Part shown: positions 38,723-50,449 of the stretch, piece after piece
Numbering within the stretch: the first letter of the stretch is position 1
Layout: the number at the start of each line of letters is the position of its first letter
Assembly (NCBI GenBank): GCA_051313645.2
Contig: JBNRSN020000012.1
Location: forward strand, 36,518,001-36,582,000
Reading direction: 5' to 3'
Source: Centroscyllium fabricii
Lineage: Eukaryota
Length of the DNA: 64,000 nt
Position numbers and translations under genes: made by a program
Notes under the pieces: generated by a model
The model's database searches: none
Seen by the model: the letters and a program-made list of their open reading frames with translations, nothing else
What the model was told of the DNA's origin: nothing

Positions 38723-38983
38723 TGTGGTAAACCTGTATTTCACCACTGTATTGTACCACTGTAATGGTACCATAATGCACCACTGTACATATGTAGATAT
38801 CTGCATTCAGGAGCCTGCCTCAGCTGACCCACCTCTGACTCCTCCCCTGAGTCCAGGTATATAGGTAATTGCCTACCATCAGTACAGACCCGAGCTCAGC
38901 TGAGACACGCTCCATTCTATAGTTAATAAAAGCCTTGAGTTGAGGTAACTATTCGTCTTTGTGTCTGAATTGATGATACGTCA
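38723..38983 (+). repeat. 3' LTR of element B
   Basis: Direct repeat of the 5' LTR with an 8-bp deletion. Confidence 0.95.
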
Positions 38984-39049
38984 AGGATCCCTGATTATAG
39001 TCGCTCAACCATTGGTGGCCGTGACTTCTGTTGCCTGGGCCCTAAGCTC

Positions 39050-40039
39050 TAAGTTATACATTTTGGAAAAAAAAATCATAGAGCAAGTTATTTTCTAAAT
39101 CGGGAGGAGCTGCGTAGTAATACAACGCAAAGGGACCTGGGGGTACTAGTGCATGAATCACAAAAAGTTAGTATGCAGGTGCAGCAAGTGATTAGGAAGG
39201 CCAATGGAGTCTTAGCCTTTATTGCTAGGGGGATAGAGTATAAAAGCAGGGAGGTTTTGCTGCAGCTGTATACAGTATTGGTGAGACTGCATTTGGAATA
39301 CCGTGTGCAGTTTTGGTGTCCATATTTAAGAAAGGATGTACTTGCTCTGGAGGCAGTGCAGAGAAGGTTTACACGGTTAATTCCAGGGATGAGGGGGTTG
39401 ACATATGAGGAAAGGTTAAGTAGGTTGGGACTTTACTCATTAGAGTTCAGAAGAATGAGAGGCGATCTTATTGAAACGTATAAGATCGTGAGGGGCCTTG
39501 ATCGGGTGGATGCGCTGAAGATGTTTCCAATGATCGGGGAGACCAGAACTAGGGGGCATAGTCTTAGAATAAGGGGGGGCTCTTTTAAAACTGAGATGAG
39601 GAGAAACTTCTTCACTCAGAGGGTGGTTAATCTATGGAATTCGCTGCCTCGGAGCTGTGGAAGCGGGAACATTAAATAAATTTAAAACCGAAATAGACTG
39701 TTTTTTAGCAGACAAGGGAATTAGGGGTTACGGCGAGCAGGCAGGGAAGTGGACCTGAGCTATTGTTAGTATAGTAAGACCTGAGTGATCTCCTGGACAA
39801 GTTTTGATCGCCTAGATTGGGGTCGGAGAGGAATTTCCCGGATTTTTTTCCCAAATTGGCCTGGGTTTTTATCCGGTTTTTCGCCTCTCCCAGGAGATCA
39901 CATGTTTTTTTTGGGTGGGATGAAGGGTGATAGTGGGAAGAAGGTTAGGGTAGGATCAGCCATGATCTTGTTGAATGGCGGAGCGGGCTCGGGGGGCCGA
40001 TTGGCCGACTCCTGCTCCTATTTCTTATGTTCTTATGTT
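39050..40039 (+). mobile_element. CR1 LINE 3' fragment with an extended 3' UTR
   Basis: ORF 39149-39679 encodes the CR1 C-terminus; standard tail at 39955-40039. Confidence 0.9.
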
Positions 40040-40094
40040 CTCTGGAATTCCCGGCCTAAACCTCTCCCCATTGCTCCCTCTCTTCCCTCCTTTA

Positions 40095-40298
40095 ATGTGG
40101 AGGTGCCGGTGTTGGACTGGGGGGGACAAATGTAAGAAGTCACACAACACCAGGTTATAGTCCAACGGTTTTATTTGAAATCACAAGCTTTCGGAGCGTT
40201 GCTCCTTCATCAGGTGTTGAAGGAGCAACGCTCCGAAAGCTTGTGATTTCAAATAAAACTGTTGGATTATAACCTGGTGTTGTGTGACTTCTTACATT
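40095..40298. mobile_element. Penelope-derived palindromic mini-element with hammerhead motif
   Basis: Near-perfect inverted repeat at 40129-40298; CTGATGA-ggagc-aac-gctcc-GAAAGCTT on the minus strand; flanking CCTCCTTTA duplicated. Confidence 0.8.
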
Positions 40299-40758
40299 CC
40301 TCCTTTAAGATATTCCTTAAACCTACCTCTCTGACCAAGCTTTTGGTCACCTGCCCTAATCTCTCCTTATGTGGCTCGGTGTCAAATGTTTTGTCTTATA
40401 ACACTCCTGTGAAGCGCTTGGGACGTTTTACTATGTTCTGGCGCTATATAAATACAAGTTGTTGTTGTCTTACTTCTCCGATACAAAATGTAAGCAAACA
40501 CACTTCCAGTAACTATAAAGATCCCAAGTGCAGAAGATTTTGGGGCAGACGCAATCCCATCCCCATTAAGGTAACCAAGTCACTGGGACCTGACTGTTTA
40601 TCCCCAGGAATCCTGAGGGACCTTTGGGAATAGCTTTAACGGAAAATTATGCTAAGGTCTGCAGGGGGCCAAATTTCACACCCTCTTCAAAAAAGGAGAC
40701 AGAAACAAACCAGGAAATGATAAGCTAGTTAGTCTTACTGCAGTTACTGGTAAACGAC

Positions 40759-41158
40759 TAGGGGTAGACTTTTGACTTTTGGACAGCTGACCAGCGGAGT
40801 GCACTGGTGGGCCAGCAGGAAGGTCTGGCAGCTAATAGACCGCAGCCATTTTGAGGCCCGGGCCTCATTTGAATCTTGCCGGCGAGCTGCGGAAGCCCGA
40901 TGCAGCGCGCCGGTTTTGGGCCCCAGGAATGCGGGCCGGCCGAGACGTCAGCAGCATCTCCAGGCAGACCCTGAGGTGGGTTGGGAGCCAAGGCCAAAGG
41001 GGGCTGACATTGGCATGAACTAGTTTAGTGGGACAAGGAGCAGCACTTCTGCCCCTTCTGTCCCCGCCCCGCACCATGAAGTTAATTTAAGACCTTATAC
41101 AAACTTCTTTGAAAATTCATCCAATATGAGATGTGAACCCCTTGAAAACTTCTACACT
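40759..41158. mobile_element. Probable MITE
   Basis: Imperfect TIRs GGGGTAGACTTTT / AAAACTTCTACAC around a GC-rich body. Confidence 0.4.
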
Positions 41159-41968
41159 TTAGCAACCTAGCCCCACCCCACACATTGCAACAGAAGAACC
41201 TCTGACTTACGGTGACTAATGCTATGAGATCTGCTAGTATAATTAAAAGAAAAAGAATAAATATCCTCCTAACACGGCAAACATTACAACGAAATGCAAG
41301 TAATAAACAAAACAAAAAAAACAGACATCAATCCACTCTTTGTGCTGGCAGGCCAATCAGGCGAAGGGAACGAAACATTTCAATATACTGCAAGCTGTTT
41401 CAAATCAAGTGGCGTGAGTTTTCATTACATTCCCATGGACATATTTCATGATTTTTCTATAGATTTGGAATTGTAGCTCTGCTTATGGTTCCATTTATAT
41501 CAACGAGCCTGTAGATCACGCTCTGCACTCTCATCAGCCCTGCAGTTAAAGACTATTGATTCACTCCCTTTGAAGTAGGCTTCTCATTTTTAAGCTGCGC
41601 TGAAAATGTTTTAAAATTATTTGGGCGTGAAATTGGCACTCTAGCCAATTGGCCCATTAGTGCCCGGAAATGGGCGCAAGAGGTTTTAGCGCCGGGCGCT
41701 AACGTTTTTGCGGCCCACCCAAAATTCGGCAAGCGAACGCCGCCGGCGCTAACTGTTAGCGCCCACTGCTGGCCGCACGTCAATCAGTGCAGATATCCTG
41801 GTGCAACGCCCGCCCTCAGGGCTTCACCCGAAATTGATGAGCAACCGCCTAACTGATGCGCAGCGCAGCCCGCGCCAGCTTTCACAAACGCAGCCGAGGC
41901 AATGTGGGGCCACTGGGGCGTTCTTTAAAGGGAGACACTTCCTCCCTTTCATGCGGTGGTCAATTTTT

Positions 41969-42237
41969 GGGAGATCGGAGACAGGCAGAGGGAGGTTAGG
42001 AGAAATACAGAGAGAGACAGAGGGAGGTGAGGGGAGATCGGAGACATACAGAGAGAGGTTAGGAGAGTTACAGAGAGAGACAGAGGGAGGTGAGGGGAGA
42101 TTGGAGACAGAGAGAGGGAGGTTAGGAGAGTAACAGAGAGAGACAGAGGGAGGTGAGGGGAGATCGGAGACAGACAGAGGGAGGTTAGGAGAGTTACAGA
42201 GAGAGACAGAGGGAGGTGAGAGGAGATCGGAGACATA
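41969..42237. repeat. Purine-rich minisatellite, about 63-bp unit, four copies (a fifth unit resumes at 43060)
   Basis: gggagatcggagac...gggaggttaggagagttacagagagagacagagggaggtgag repeated. Confidence 0.9.
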
Positions 42238-43059
42238 GGGGGGGATTTTGCTGGAAGGGCAGGAACCTGGTGGGGATTGGTCTGGGCCGCCTCGGGCCCC
42301 GCCCGCCCAAACAGCTGGGAAGGCCACACAATTTTAGTTTAATTAGGTTGTTAAATCCACGCCAGCGGCAGCGGGAGGTAATTAGGTCAATCGAGTCGGG
42401 CTGCAACGGGGCTGCGAGCAGTTTGATTGACAGTTCCAGCACTGGTTGTTGTCAGTTCCCATGGAAACACTCCACTGTGACATCACAGTGGAGTGGAGCC
42501 AATGGGAAAGGCCAAGTGCTGGTGACTGACAGGTGGGCGGGCGGGCTCTGAATCCCTCACTTGCAGCGGCTGTCAGGAACTGTGCAGAACTGAGATGTCT
42601 CAGTTTCTGCTCACAGCTGCTGCTGCAGCCAGAACGGAGTTACTTACTCCTCTAAGGTGCTGGAGACATGCCAAGCATTTGGCAACATGTCCTCCACACC
42701 TTGAAGGAGAAAGTAATAAATGCAAGAAGTCACACAACACCAGGTTATAGTCCAACAGTAATAAGCAACGCTGTGCAAAACCCAGCGGGGTTTAAGGTGA
42801 CCGGGTTAGGGCGGGAAACGGGGCAAAATGGCTGAGGGCCCTTAAAATGGCATTAAAGATGCCAATTAAGGGCCCTTAATGAGGTGACAACCCATCCCCG
42901 CCGGTCGGCGGCGGGAAGGTTTCGGGGCGGGGAATCTGGGCGGGGGAAAATGAGAAAGCGGCGGGGATATGGCGGGGAGGGGCGGGACCTGCCGGTTCCG
43001 CTATTTTGCCGGCCGGGCCACCGAAAACCCCGCCTCATGGGGACATGAAAATCCCCCCC
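42238..43059. mobile_element. MITE nested in the minisatellite
   Basis: TIRs GGGGGGGATTTT / AAAATCCCCCCC; TSD ATA; the interrupted unit is restored on removal. Confidence 0.8.
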
Positions 43060-44880
43060 ATACAGAGGGAGGTTAGGAGAGTTACAAATAGAGACAGAGG
43101 GAGTGGCACTCGCACTCGACAATTAGCGCCTGAATATTGGCCGTTTGCACCCGTGCAAACGTTTGATTTAGCACTGCAATCTGCAAGGTGGCGCTAAAGC
43201 GAATATCGGGAGATCGGGCGCTAATTTGCACCCGGCGCTAATTTTAGCGCTGCGCCCAGTGCAGCGCCCCAAAACGTGCGCAGACCGATTTAGCCCCCTT
43301 TGTCTTCCTTTAAAGACTGGAGAAGCTTTGTTTTATCAAAAGAATGAAAGAAAAGGGAGTGGCGGTTACCGCTTTGGTTTAATTTTTAGGCATGAACTAA
43401 TAGTTTATTTGTGGCTGCCACCTTCAACGATAATCATGAGGAACAAATGTTATTTAATACTTGCTGTTGTGAAATCCTGCATTCAGAGCATTTGCCTGGC
43501 TTCTAAAGTGTAGACTCAGATTTCACATTAATAGCATTTCAATGGCTAAGTGGATGGGTCGGTCCAGTTTTGCCACCTAAAAGAAATGAAAAAATTGCTG
43601 CTCGATTCATTCATCTTTGGAATAGACAAAACACAAGGGCACGGATTTTGCGGTCAGCGGAGCAGACTTCTATTTGCGTTTTATTGGCCTGGAGGTTTGC
43701 AAAGGACTGTTTCCAGCACTGTTGCCTCGCTCCTGGCTAAGTTATAACTCCGAACACCCAGGTCTGTTTGTATCAGCGGTTTGAGATATAGACAAAAGAA
43801 TGGGAGTATTCACTTATACACTTTATATATGCAGCTAGCAGGACACATTGGTATGTTAAGAGACCTTAAATACCTTCAGGTTGAAGGCTATAATTGGTTT
43901 CCTCAGGAGAGAGCAAGCCTTTTCTCTTCCTGGGTAACTTAGCTGCAAGCTAGTAACCAAAGCTGGCTGCATATATAATGTATCCAAATTAATGTTCCTA
44001 CTAATTTGCATTCTCATGTTACAAACATATCTTGGTGTTCTGCGTTAGAATGAATCGATTAATGAGGCAACAGTCCAACATCTCCAGTTCATATTAAGTG
44101 TAAATAGGACGGAGTTGGCTGGGATTCATGGGATGGACTGCCAAGGCTTGGAGGCCACATAAGAACATAAGAAGTAGGAGCAGGAGTAGGCCATACGGCC
44201 CCTCGAGCCTGCTCCGCCATTCAATAGGATCATGGCTGATCCGAACTTAGACTCACGTCCACTTCCCTGCCCACTCCCCGTAACCCCTTATTCCCTTGTC
44301 AGCTAGGAAACTGTCTATCTCAGTTTTAAATGTATTTAATGTCGCAGCTTCCACAGCTCTCTGAGGTAGCAAATTCCAAAGATTTACTACCCTCTGAGTG
44401 AAGAAGTTTCTCCTCATCTCAGTTTTGAAAGAGCAGCCCCTTATTCTAAGATTATGCCCCCCTAGTTCTGGTCTCACCCATCATTGGAAACATCCTCACC
44501 GCATCCACACGTTCAAGCCCTCTCACAATCTTATATGTTTCGATAAGATCGCCTCTCATTCTTCTGAATTCCAAGGAGCAGAGGCGCAACCTACTCAACC
44601 TTTCCTCATAAGTCAACCCCCTCATCTCCGGAGTCAACCCCCTCATCTCCGGAATCAACCAAGTGAACCTTCTCTGAACTGCCTTGAGCGCAAGTATATC
44701 TTTTCTTAAATATGGAAACCAAAACGGTATGCCGTATTCCAGGTGTGGCCTCACCAGTACCCTGTATAACTGCAGCAAGACTTCCCTGCTTTTATATTCC
44801 ATCCCCCTTGCAATAAAAGCCAAGATTCCATTGGCCTTCCTGATCACCTGCTGTACCTGTATACTAACCTTCTGTGTTTT

Positions 44881-46291
44881 TACAGACCTGTAAGCCTTAC
44901 ATCGGTGGTGGGCAAAATGTTGGAGTCCATCATTAAGGATGTAATAGCAGAGCACTTGGCAAATGGGGACAGGATAGGACAGAGTCAACATGGATTTACA
45001 AAAGGTAAATCGTGCTTGACGAATCTGTTGGAATTCTTTGAGGAAGTAACTGGTAAAATAGATGGGGGAGAGCCAGTAGATGTGGTGTACCTGGACTTCC
45101 AAAAAGCCTTCGATAAGGTCCCACATAAAAGATTAGCATGTAAAATCAAGGCGCATGGGATAAGGGGAAAAGTATTGACGTGGATAGAGAACTGGCTGGC
45201 AGATAGAAAACAGAGAGTTGGAATAAACGGCTCATTTTCTGAATGGCAGGCAGTAACAAGTGGGGTACCTCAGGGATCTGTTCTGGGTCCCCAGCTGTTC
45301 ACAATTTATATTAATGACCTAGATCAGGGAATCGGATGCAGCATCTCCAAATTCGCAGACGACACTAAACTAGGAGGGGGGGTAGGCTCAGAGGAGGGGA
45401 TCAGGAAGCTCCAGAGCGATTTGGACAAATTGGGGGACTGGGCAGATACATGGCAAATGCACTATAATGTGGATAAGTGTGAAGTTATCCACCTTGGGGG
45501 CAAAAACGGGAGGGCAAATTATTATTTAAATGGCAATAGATTGGGAGATGGGGAAGTACAGCGAGACCTGGGTGTTCTTGTGCACCAGTCATTGAAGGCG
45601 AGCATGCAGGTGCAACAGGCGGTCAGGAAGGCAAATGGTATGCTGGCCTTCATATCAAAAGGGTTAGAATACAGGAACAAGGACACCTTACTACAGCTGT
45701 ACAGGGCACTGGTGAGACCACACCTCGAGTACTGTGTGCAGTTTTGGTCGCCTCATCTGAGGAAGGATGTTCTTGCCATGGAAGGAGTGCAGCGGCGATT
45801 CACCAGGCTGATACCAGGAATGGCAGGAATGACCTATGAGGAGAGACTATGTAGTTTGGGGATGTACACACTGGAGTTTAGAAGATTGAGAGGGGATCTC
45901 ATAGAAACATATAAAATTCTGACAGGCCTGGACAGACTAGATGCAGAAGGAATGTTTCTGATGGCAGGAGAGTATAGAACTAGGGGACACAGTTTAAGGA
46001 TAAGGGCTAAACCATTTAGGACAGAGATGAGGAGGAATTTCTTCACCCAGAGAGTGGTGAACCTGTGGAACTCACTGCCACAGAGGGCAGTGGACGCCAG
46101 CTCATTAAACATATTTAAGAGGGAATTAGATATATTTCTGCAGGCAAAAGGGGTTAAAGGTTACGGAGAGAAGGCAGGGACGGGATACTGAACTGAAGGA
46201 TCAGCCATGATCTCATTGAATGGCGGAGCAGGCTCGAAGGGCCGAATGGCCTACTCCTGCTCCTATCATCTATGTATCTATGTATCTATGT
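44881..46291 (+). mobile_element. Young CR1 LINE, 5'-truncated
   Basis: Uninterrupted ORF2 portion, 3' hairpin tail, (TATCTATG)n end. Confidence 0.95.
44905..46191 (+). CDS. CR1 ORF2 reverse transcriptase, partial
   Basis: QHGF, YLDFQKAFDKVPH, GVPQGSVLGP, FADDTKL. Confidence 0.93.
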   Translation: MVGKMLESIIKDVIAEHLANGDRIGQSQHGFTKGKSCLTNLLEFFEEVTGKIDGGEPVDVVYLDFQKAFDKVPHKRLACKIKAHGIRGKVLTWIENWLADRKQRVGINGSFSEWQAVTSGVPQGSVLGPQLFTIYINDLDQGIGCSISKFADDTKLGGGVGSEEGIRKLQSDLDKLGDWADTWQMHYNVDKCEVIHLGGKNGRANYYLNGNRLGDGEVQRDLGVLVHQSLKASMQVQQAVRKANGMLAFISKGLEYRNKDTLLQLYRALVRPHLEYCVQFWSPHLRKDVLAMEGVQRRFTRLIPGMAGMTYEERLCSLGMYTLEFRRLRGDLIETYKILTGLDRLDAEGMFLMAGEYRTRGHSLRIRAKPFRTEMRRNFFTQRVVNLWNSLPQRAVDASSLNIFKRELDIFLQAKGVKGYGEKAGTGY

Positions 46292-46766
46292 ATGTTTGCA
46301 TGCACCAGGATCCCCAGATCCCATTGTACTGTAGCACTTTGCAGTTTCTCTCCATTTAGATAACTTGCTCTTTGATTTCTTCTGCCAAAGTGCATAACCT
46401 CACACTGTCCAACATTATATTCCATCTGCCAAATGTTTGCCCACTCACTTGGCCTGTCTATGTCCTTTTGCAGGTTTTTTAGGTCCTCCTCACTCACTGC
46501 TTTCCCTCCCATCTTTGTATCATCGGCAAACTTGGATACATTGCACTCGGTCCCTTCCTCGAAATCGTTAATATAGATTGTAAAGAGTTGGGGTCCCAGC
46601 ACTGACCCCTGCGAAACACCAGTAGTTACTGATTGCCAACCCGAGAATGAACCATTTATCCCAACTCCCTGTTTTCTGTTAGATAGCCAATCTTCCACCC
46701 CTGCCAGTATAGTACTCCAATCCTGTGATTTTTTTATCTTGTGCAGTAATCTTTTGTGTGGCACAT

Positions 46767-49197
46767 TGGATTGGATTGGATTGGATTCGCTTTATTGTCA
46801 TTGCACAGTACAAGTAAAATGCAACGAAATTAGGTGTGTCCAACCAGAGTGCAAACAGCAGTTATATGCATATATATAAAAATATACAGTAAAAGAGTAT
46901 ATACAATAAGTGCAGTAGGTTAAAATGCCGTTAAAAATACACTATATAAAAGTTATATTCGCTATGGTCTTATGTACAAACAGGTTATGAACATAATAGC
47001 ATCTCATGATCTTCAAGGGCTAGGCAGTATGAGACGGGGTGGAGTACTTTGTCAACAGTCTGACAGCTGAGGGGAAGAAGCTGTTAATAGTCCTGTTGGT
47101 TCTGCCCGGGAGGCTGCGATAGCGTGACCCAGTGCGAGTGCCACGTTGGGCAATAAACAGTCCATGGTTCGGATGAGAGGCGTCTCCGATGATGTTACGT
47201 GCCCTCCGTAAGCACCGCCTCTCATAGACTGAAGTGATGGATGGGAGCGAGGTCTTGGTGATGCGTTGGGCGATTTTCACCACCTTCTGCAATGATTTTC
47301 GGTCGCTGATGGTACAGTTGCCGTACCAGACTGAGATGCAGGTGGTAAGGATGCTCTCAATGGTACAGCGGTAGAAGTTCATCAGCACCTGAGAGGATAG
47401 GCGAAGTTTAGCCAGTTTCCTCAAGAAAAAGAGGCGCTTGTGGGCCTTCTTGACCAGAGTTGAGGTATTGGTGGTCCAGGAGAGGTCTTCAGAAATGTGA
47501 ACTCCCAGGAACTTAAAGCTGGTGACACACTCAACCTCCTCCCCATTGATATGGATGGGGGTGTGCGTGCCTTTTTTGTTCCTTCTGAAGTCCACGATAA
47601 TCTCCTTGGTCTTTTTGGTGTTGAGTACCAAGTTATTGTTGGTACACCACTCTGCTAGGTGCTGGACCTCTTCCCTGTATGCCGTCTCGTCATTGTTGCT
47701 GACGAGCCCAACCACTGTGGTGTCGTCTGCAAACTTGGCAATGGTGTTTGAGCCATGGACAGGATTGCAGTCATGCGTGAAGAGGGAGTAGAGAAGGGGA
47801 CTCAGCACACAGCCCTGTGGGAGACCAGTGTTCAAGATGAGGGACGAGGATTTGTACTTGTCCAGTCTGACGTGCTGGGGTCTGTTGGTCAGAAAGTCCA
47901 GTATCCAATTGCAGAGGGAGGGGTCGATGCCAAGGCCAACAAGCTTGGTGATCAATTTGGAGGGGATGATAGTATTGAATGCCGAGCTAAAGTCAATGAA
48001 CAGGAGTCTCACATAGGTGTTGCTCTGGTCCAGATGGTAGAGGGCAGGGTGTAGTGCTGCTGAGATGGCATCATCTGTACTCCTGTTCTGACGGTAGGCA
48101 AACTGATAGGGGTCAAGTGTGGATGGGAGGCATGATTTAAGATGAGCCAAGACCAGCCTCTCGAAGCACTTCATGATGGTAGAGGTGAGTGCCACGGGTC
48201 GGTAGTCGTTGAGGCTCACTGGGGAGGCGTGTTTAGGAACAGGCACAATAGAGGTCGATTTGAAACACGTAGGGACTTTTGCTTGGGCCAGAGACAGATT
48301 GAAAATGTCGGTCAGGACCCCGGTCAGTTGTTCAGCACAAGCGCTGAGTACACGTCCGGGGATGCCATCAGGGCCAGCAGCCTTACGTGAGTAGGTCCTG
48401 CTCAGTACAGCATACACATCTGTGGGGGAGAGTGTGAGGGGAAGGTGGTTTGCAGGGATAGTGGCCTTGGTGGCCATCACGTGGTTGTCCCTGTCAAAAC
48501 GAGCATAGAATTCGTTTAGCTCATCTAGAAGGGAGGAGTCGGTGGTCGGGGGGGAAGCGTGGGTGGATTTGAAGTCAGTGATGGCCTGCAAGCCCTGCCA
48601 CATGCGCCGAGGGTCAGAGACATTGAAGTACTCCTCCACCTTAAGCTTGTGGCTGTGCTTAGCCCTTTTGATGCCCCTTTTCAGGTCAGCCCGGGCTCGA
48701 CTGTAGGCCTGTGCGTCCCCTGACCTGAAGGCGATGTTGCGTGCCTTCAGCAGTTGTCGGACCTGCCCGTCCATCCACGGCTTCTGGTTTGGGAAGATTG
48801 CAATTCGTTTGATGATGGTGGCATCATTGATGTTAGTATTGATGACATCCAAGACAGAGGAGGTGTAGGAGTCGATGTCAGTGTGTGAGTCCACTGTGGC
48901 TTTTGCAGCGAAGTTACTCCAGTTAGTGTACTGGAGCTGATGCTGTAGTACTGAGTCTGCCCCCTCAGGCCAGACTTTCACTGTCTTGACTGAGGGCTTG
49001 ACTCGCTTGATGAGGGGGTGATACTTTGGTAGGAGGAACAGAGAGGTGTGGTCTGACTGACCCAGGTGGGGAAGGGGGAGGGCCTTGTATGCGTCTTTGA
49101 TGTTAGTGTAAACATGATCTAAGGTCTTATCTCCTCTTGTGGGGCAGGAAACGTGTTGGTAAAATTTGGGGACCACGGGCAATGGTTTGGACATCCT
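46767..49197 (-). mobile_element. Rex1/Babar LINE, 5'-truncated
   Basis: Long ORF plus tail ATGACAATAAAG(CCAAT)n. Confidence 0.93.
47020..49194 (-). CDS. Rex1 ORF2 (endonuclease C-terminus plus RT), 724 aa open
   Basis: [44 protein letters not shown]. Confidence 0.93.
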   Translation of the reverse strand: MSKPLPVVPKFYQHVSCPTRGDKTLDHVYTNIKDAYKALPLPHLGQSDHTSLFLLPKYHPLIKRVKPSVKTVKVWPEGADSVLQHQLQYTNWSNFAAKATVDSHTDIDSYTSSVLDVINTNINDATIIKRIAIFPNQKPWMDGQVRQLLKARNIAFRSGDAQAYSRARADLKRGIKRAKHSHKLKVEEYFNVSDPRRMWQGLQAITDFKSTHASPPTTDSSLLDELNEFYARFDRDNHVMATKATIPANHLPLTLSPTDVYAVLSRTYSRKAAGPDGIPGRVLSACAEQLTGVLTDIFNLSLAQAKVPTCFKSTSIVPVPKHASPVSLNDYRPVALTSTIMKCFERLVLAHLKSCLPSTLDPYQFAYRQNRSTDDAISAALHPALYHLDQSNTYVRLLFIDFSSAFNTIIPSKLITKLVGLGIDPSLCNWILDFLTNRPQHVRLDKYKSSSLILNTGLPQGCVLSPLLYSLFTHDCNPVHGSNTIAKFADDTTVVGLVSNNDETAYREEVQHLAEWCTNNNLVLNTKKTKEIIVDFRRNKKGTHTPIHINGEEVECVTSFKFLGVHISEDLSWTTNTSTLVKKAHKRLFFLRKLAKLRLSSQVLMNFYRCTIESILTTCISVWYGNCTISDRKSLQKVVKIAQRITKTSLPSITSVYERRCLRRARNIIGDASHPNHGLFIAQRGTRTGSRYRSLPGRTNRTINSFFPSAVRLLTKYSTPSHTA

Positions 49198-49457
49198 CCG
49201 AGCTATATTGGCCCGGAATTTGCAGTGGGTAACGACGGCGAACTGTCAGTGATCGCTGTCATTACCCCTCTGAAACAGACCGCAGCTTCAGCATTTAGCG
49301 CACGCACAGCTAAACGTGGAAATCCTGAGGATGCGGTCAGTCATTCACTACACCGACACAGGCTGCGCTGTGGAATCCCCACCACTGCCATAGCCGGCAA
49401 TCAGTGGAATCAATGGAACTGATGAAAACTTAGGCTTTTCCACGCTAATATCACTGT

Positions 49458-49859
49458 TAACATAGAAACATAGAAGATAGGAGCAGGAGTAGGCCATTCG
49501 GCCCTTCGAGCCTGCACCGCCATTCAATGAGATCATGGCTGATCAACCAAACCCAGTACCCTGTCCTTGCCTTGTCCCCATATCCCTCGATCCCTATCGA
49601 GCCTGCACCGACACACATCCCACCCTATCCCCGTAACCCCACATATTCAATCCCCCTAACACTAAGGGTCAATTTATCATGGCCAATCAACCTAACCCGC
49701 ACATCTTTGGACTGTGGGAGGAAACCGGAGCACCCGGAGGAAACCCACGCAGACACGGGGAGAATGTGCAAACTCCACACAGATAGTACCCGAGGCTGGA
49801 TTTGAACCCGGGTCTCTAGTGCTGTGAGGCAACAGAGCTAACCACTGTGCCACCGTGCT
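49458..49859 (-). mobile_element. HE1-like V-SINE, full length
   Basis: tRNA head, V-domain, CR1 tail. Confidence 0.92.
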
Positions 49860-50449
49860 GTCATTAAATACATCATTAAATGTTAAGCCTTGTTAGATTA
49901 GGTGTAACTGGGGTTTTAACAGCGCATTGACTGCTAAACAAACATTCTGGCCCTGAAAAAGTAATTTTTATATTTGTGGAGTGTCAGATTTCTCCATTAT
50001 GCCAAAAATTACAATTTAAAAAAATCTTTATTTTTTATTCAAGTTTATTCATGATGTTTCAGCTTCTACATTATCCCCATGTGAGAATCCCAGTTTTTTT
50101 TAAAAGTCTGGGTAAAAGCAGCTTTTCATTTCCTGGTTTGCACTCTGTGAGAATTCTTCAAAGTGATTGGCTGCTCAGACAACTTGTTGACATCACTACA
50201 CAATCACAGAGTACTGCGGATGCTGGAAATCCAAAATAACAACAGAAAACGCTGGAAAAAACTCAGCAGGCCAGGCAGCATCCGTGGAGAGAGAAACAGA
50301 GTTAACGTTTCAGGTCAAAGACCTTTTGTCAGAACTGGAAAAAAGCAGGAAATGGAAAGCAAGTTTAGGGACTGGGAAAAGTGGGAGGGATGAAAGAACA
50401 AAGGAGAAGGTCAGTGATAGGATAGAAAGCCGGAGAGATTAAGAGACAT

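Larger units (their letters stand above)
33828..38983 (+). mobile_element. Ty3/Gypsy LTR retrotransposon B (YLDN RT, no tRNA PBS)
   Basis: LTRs at 33828-34096 and 38723-38983; TSD AGGAT; PPT AAAGAAGGGGTGAA; inserted in an L2 3' region. Confidence 0.95.
30450..40467 (+). mobile_element. Long L2 LINE fragmented by later insertions (pieces ~30450-30870, 31355-31530, 32135-33827, 38989-39050, 40040-40094, 40297-40467)
   Basis: Collinear endonuclease-like part, [28 protein letters not shown]2 3' tail. Confidence 0.8.
41622..43296. mobile_element. Harbinger-like non-autonomous element with an internal minisatellite
   Basis: Imperfect TIRs GGGCGTGAAATTGG / CCGATTTAGCCCC; GC-rich subterminal gcgcta motifs. 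Confidence 0.5.
44157..46766 (-). mobile_element. CR1 LINE (RT to 3' tail) interrupted by another CR1
   Basis: Pieces at 44157-44880 and 46296-46766 are collinear; FADDTK. Confidence 0.9.

Noticed and set aside
43460-43576. Minus-strand exon after a strong acceptor
   Set aside because: All three frames hit stop codons; at best non-coding
44611-44652. 21-bp tandem duplication in CR1 (also a 24-bp duplication at 5345-5396)
   Set aside because: Ordinary local slippage with no sign of function
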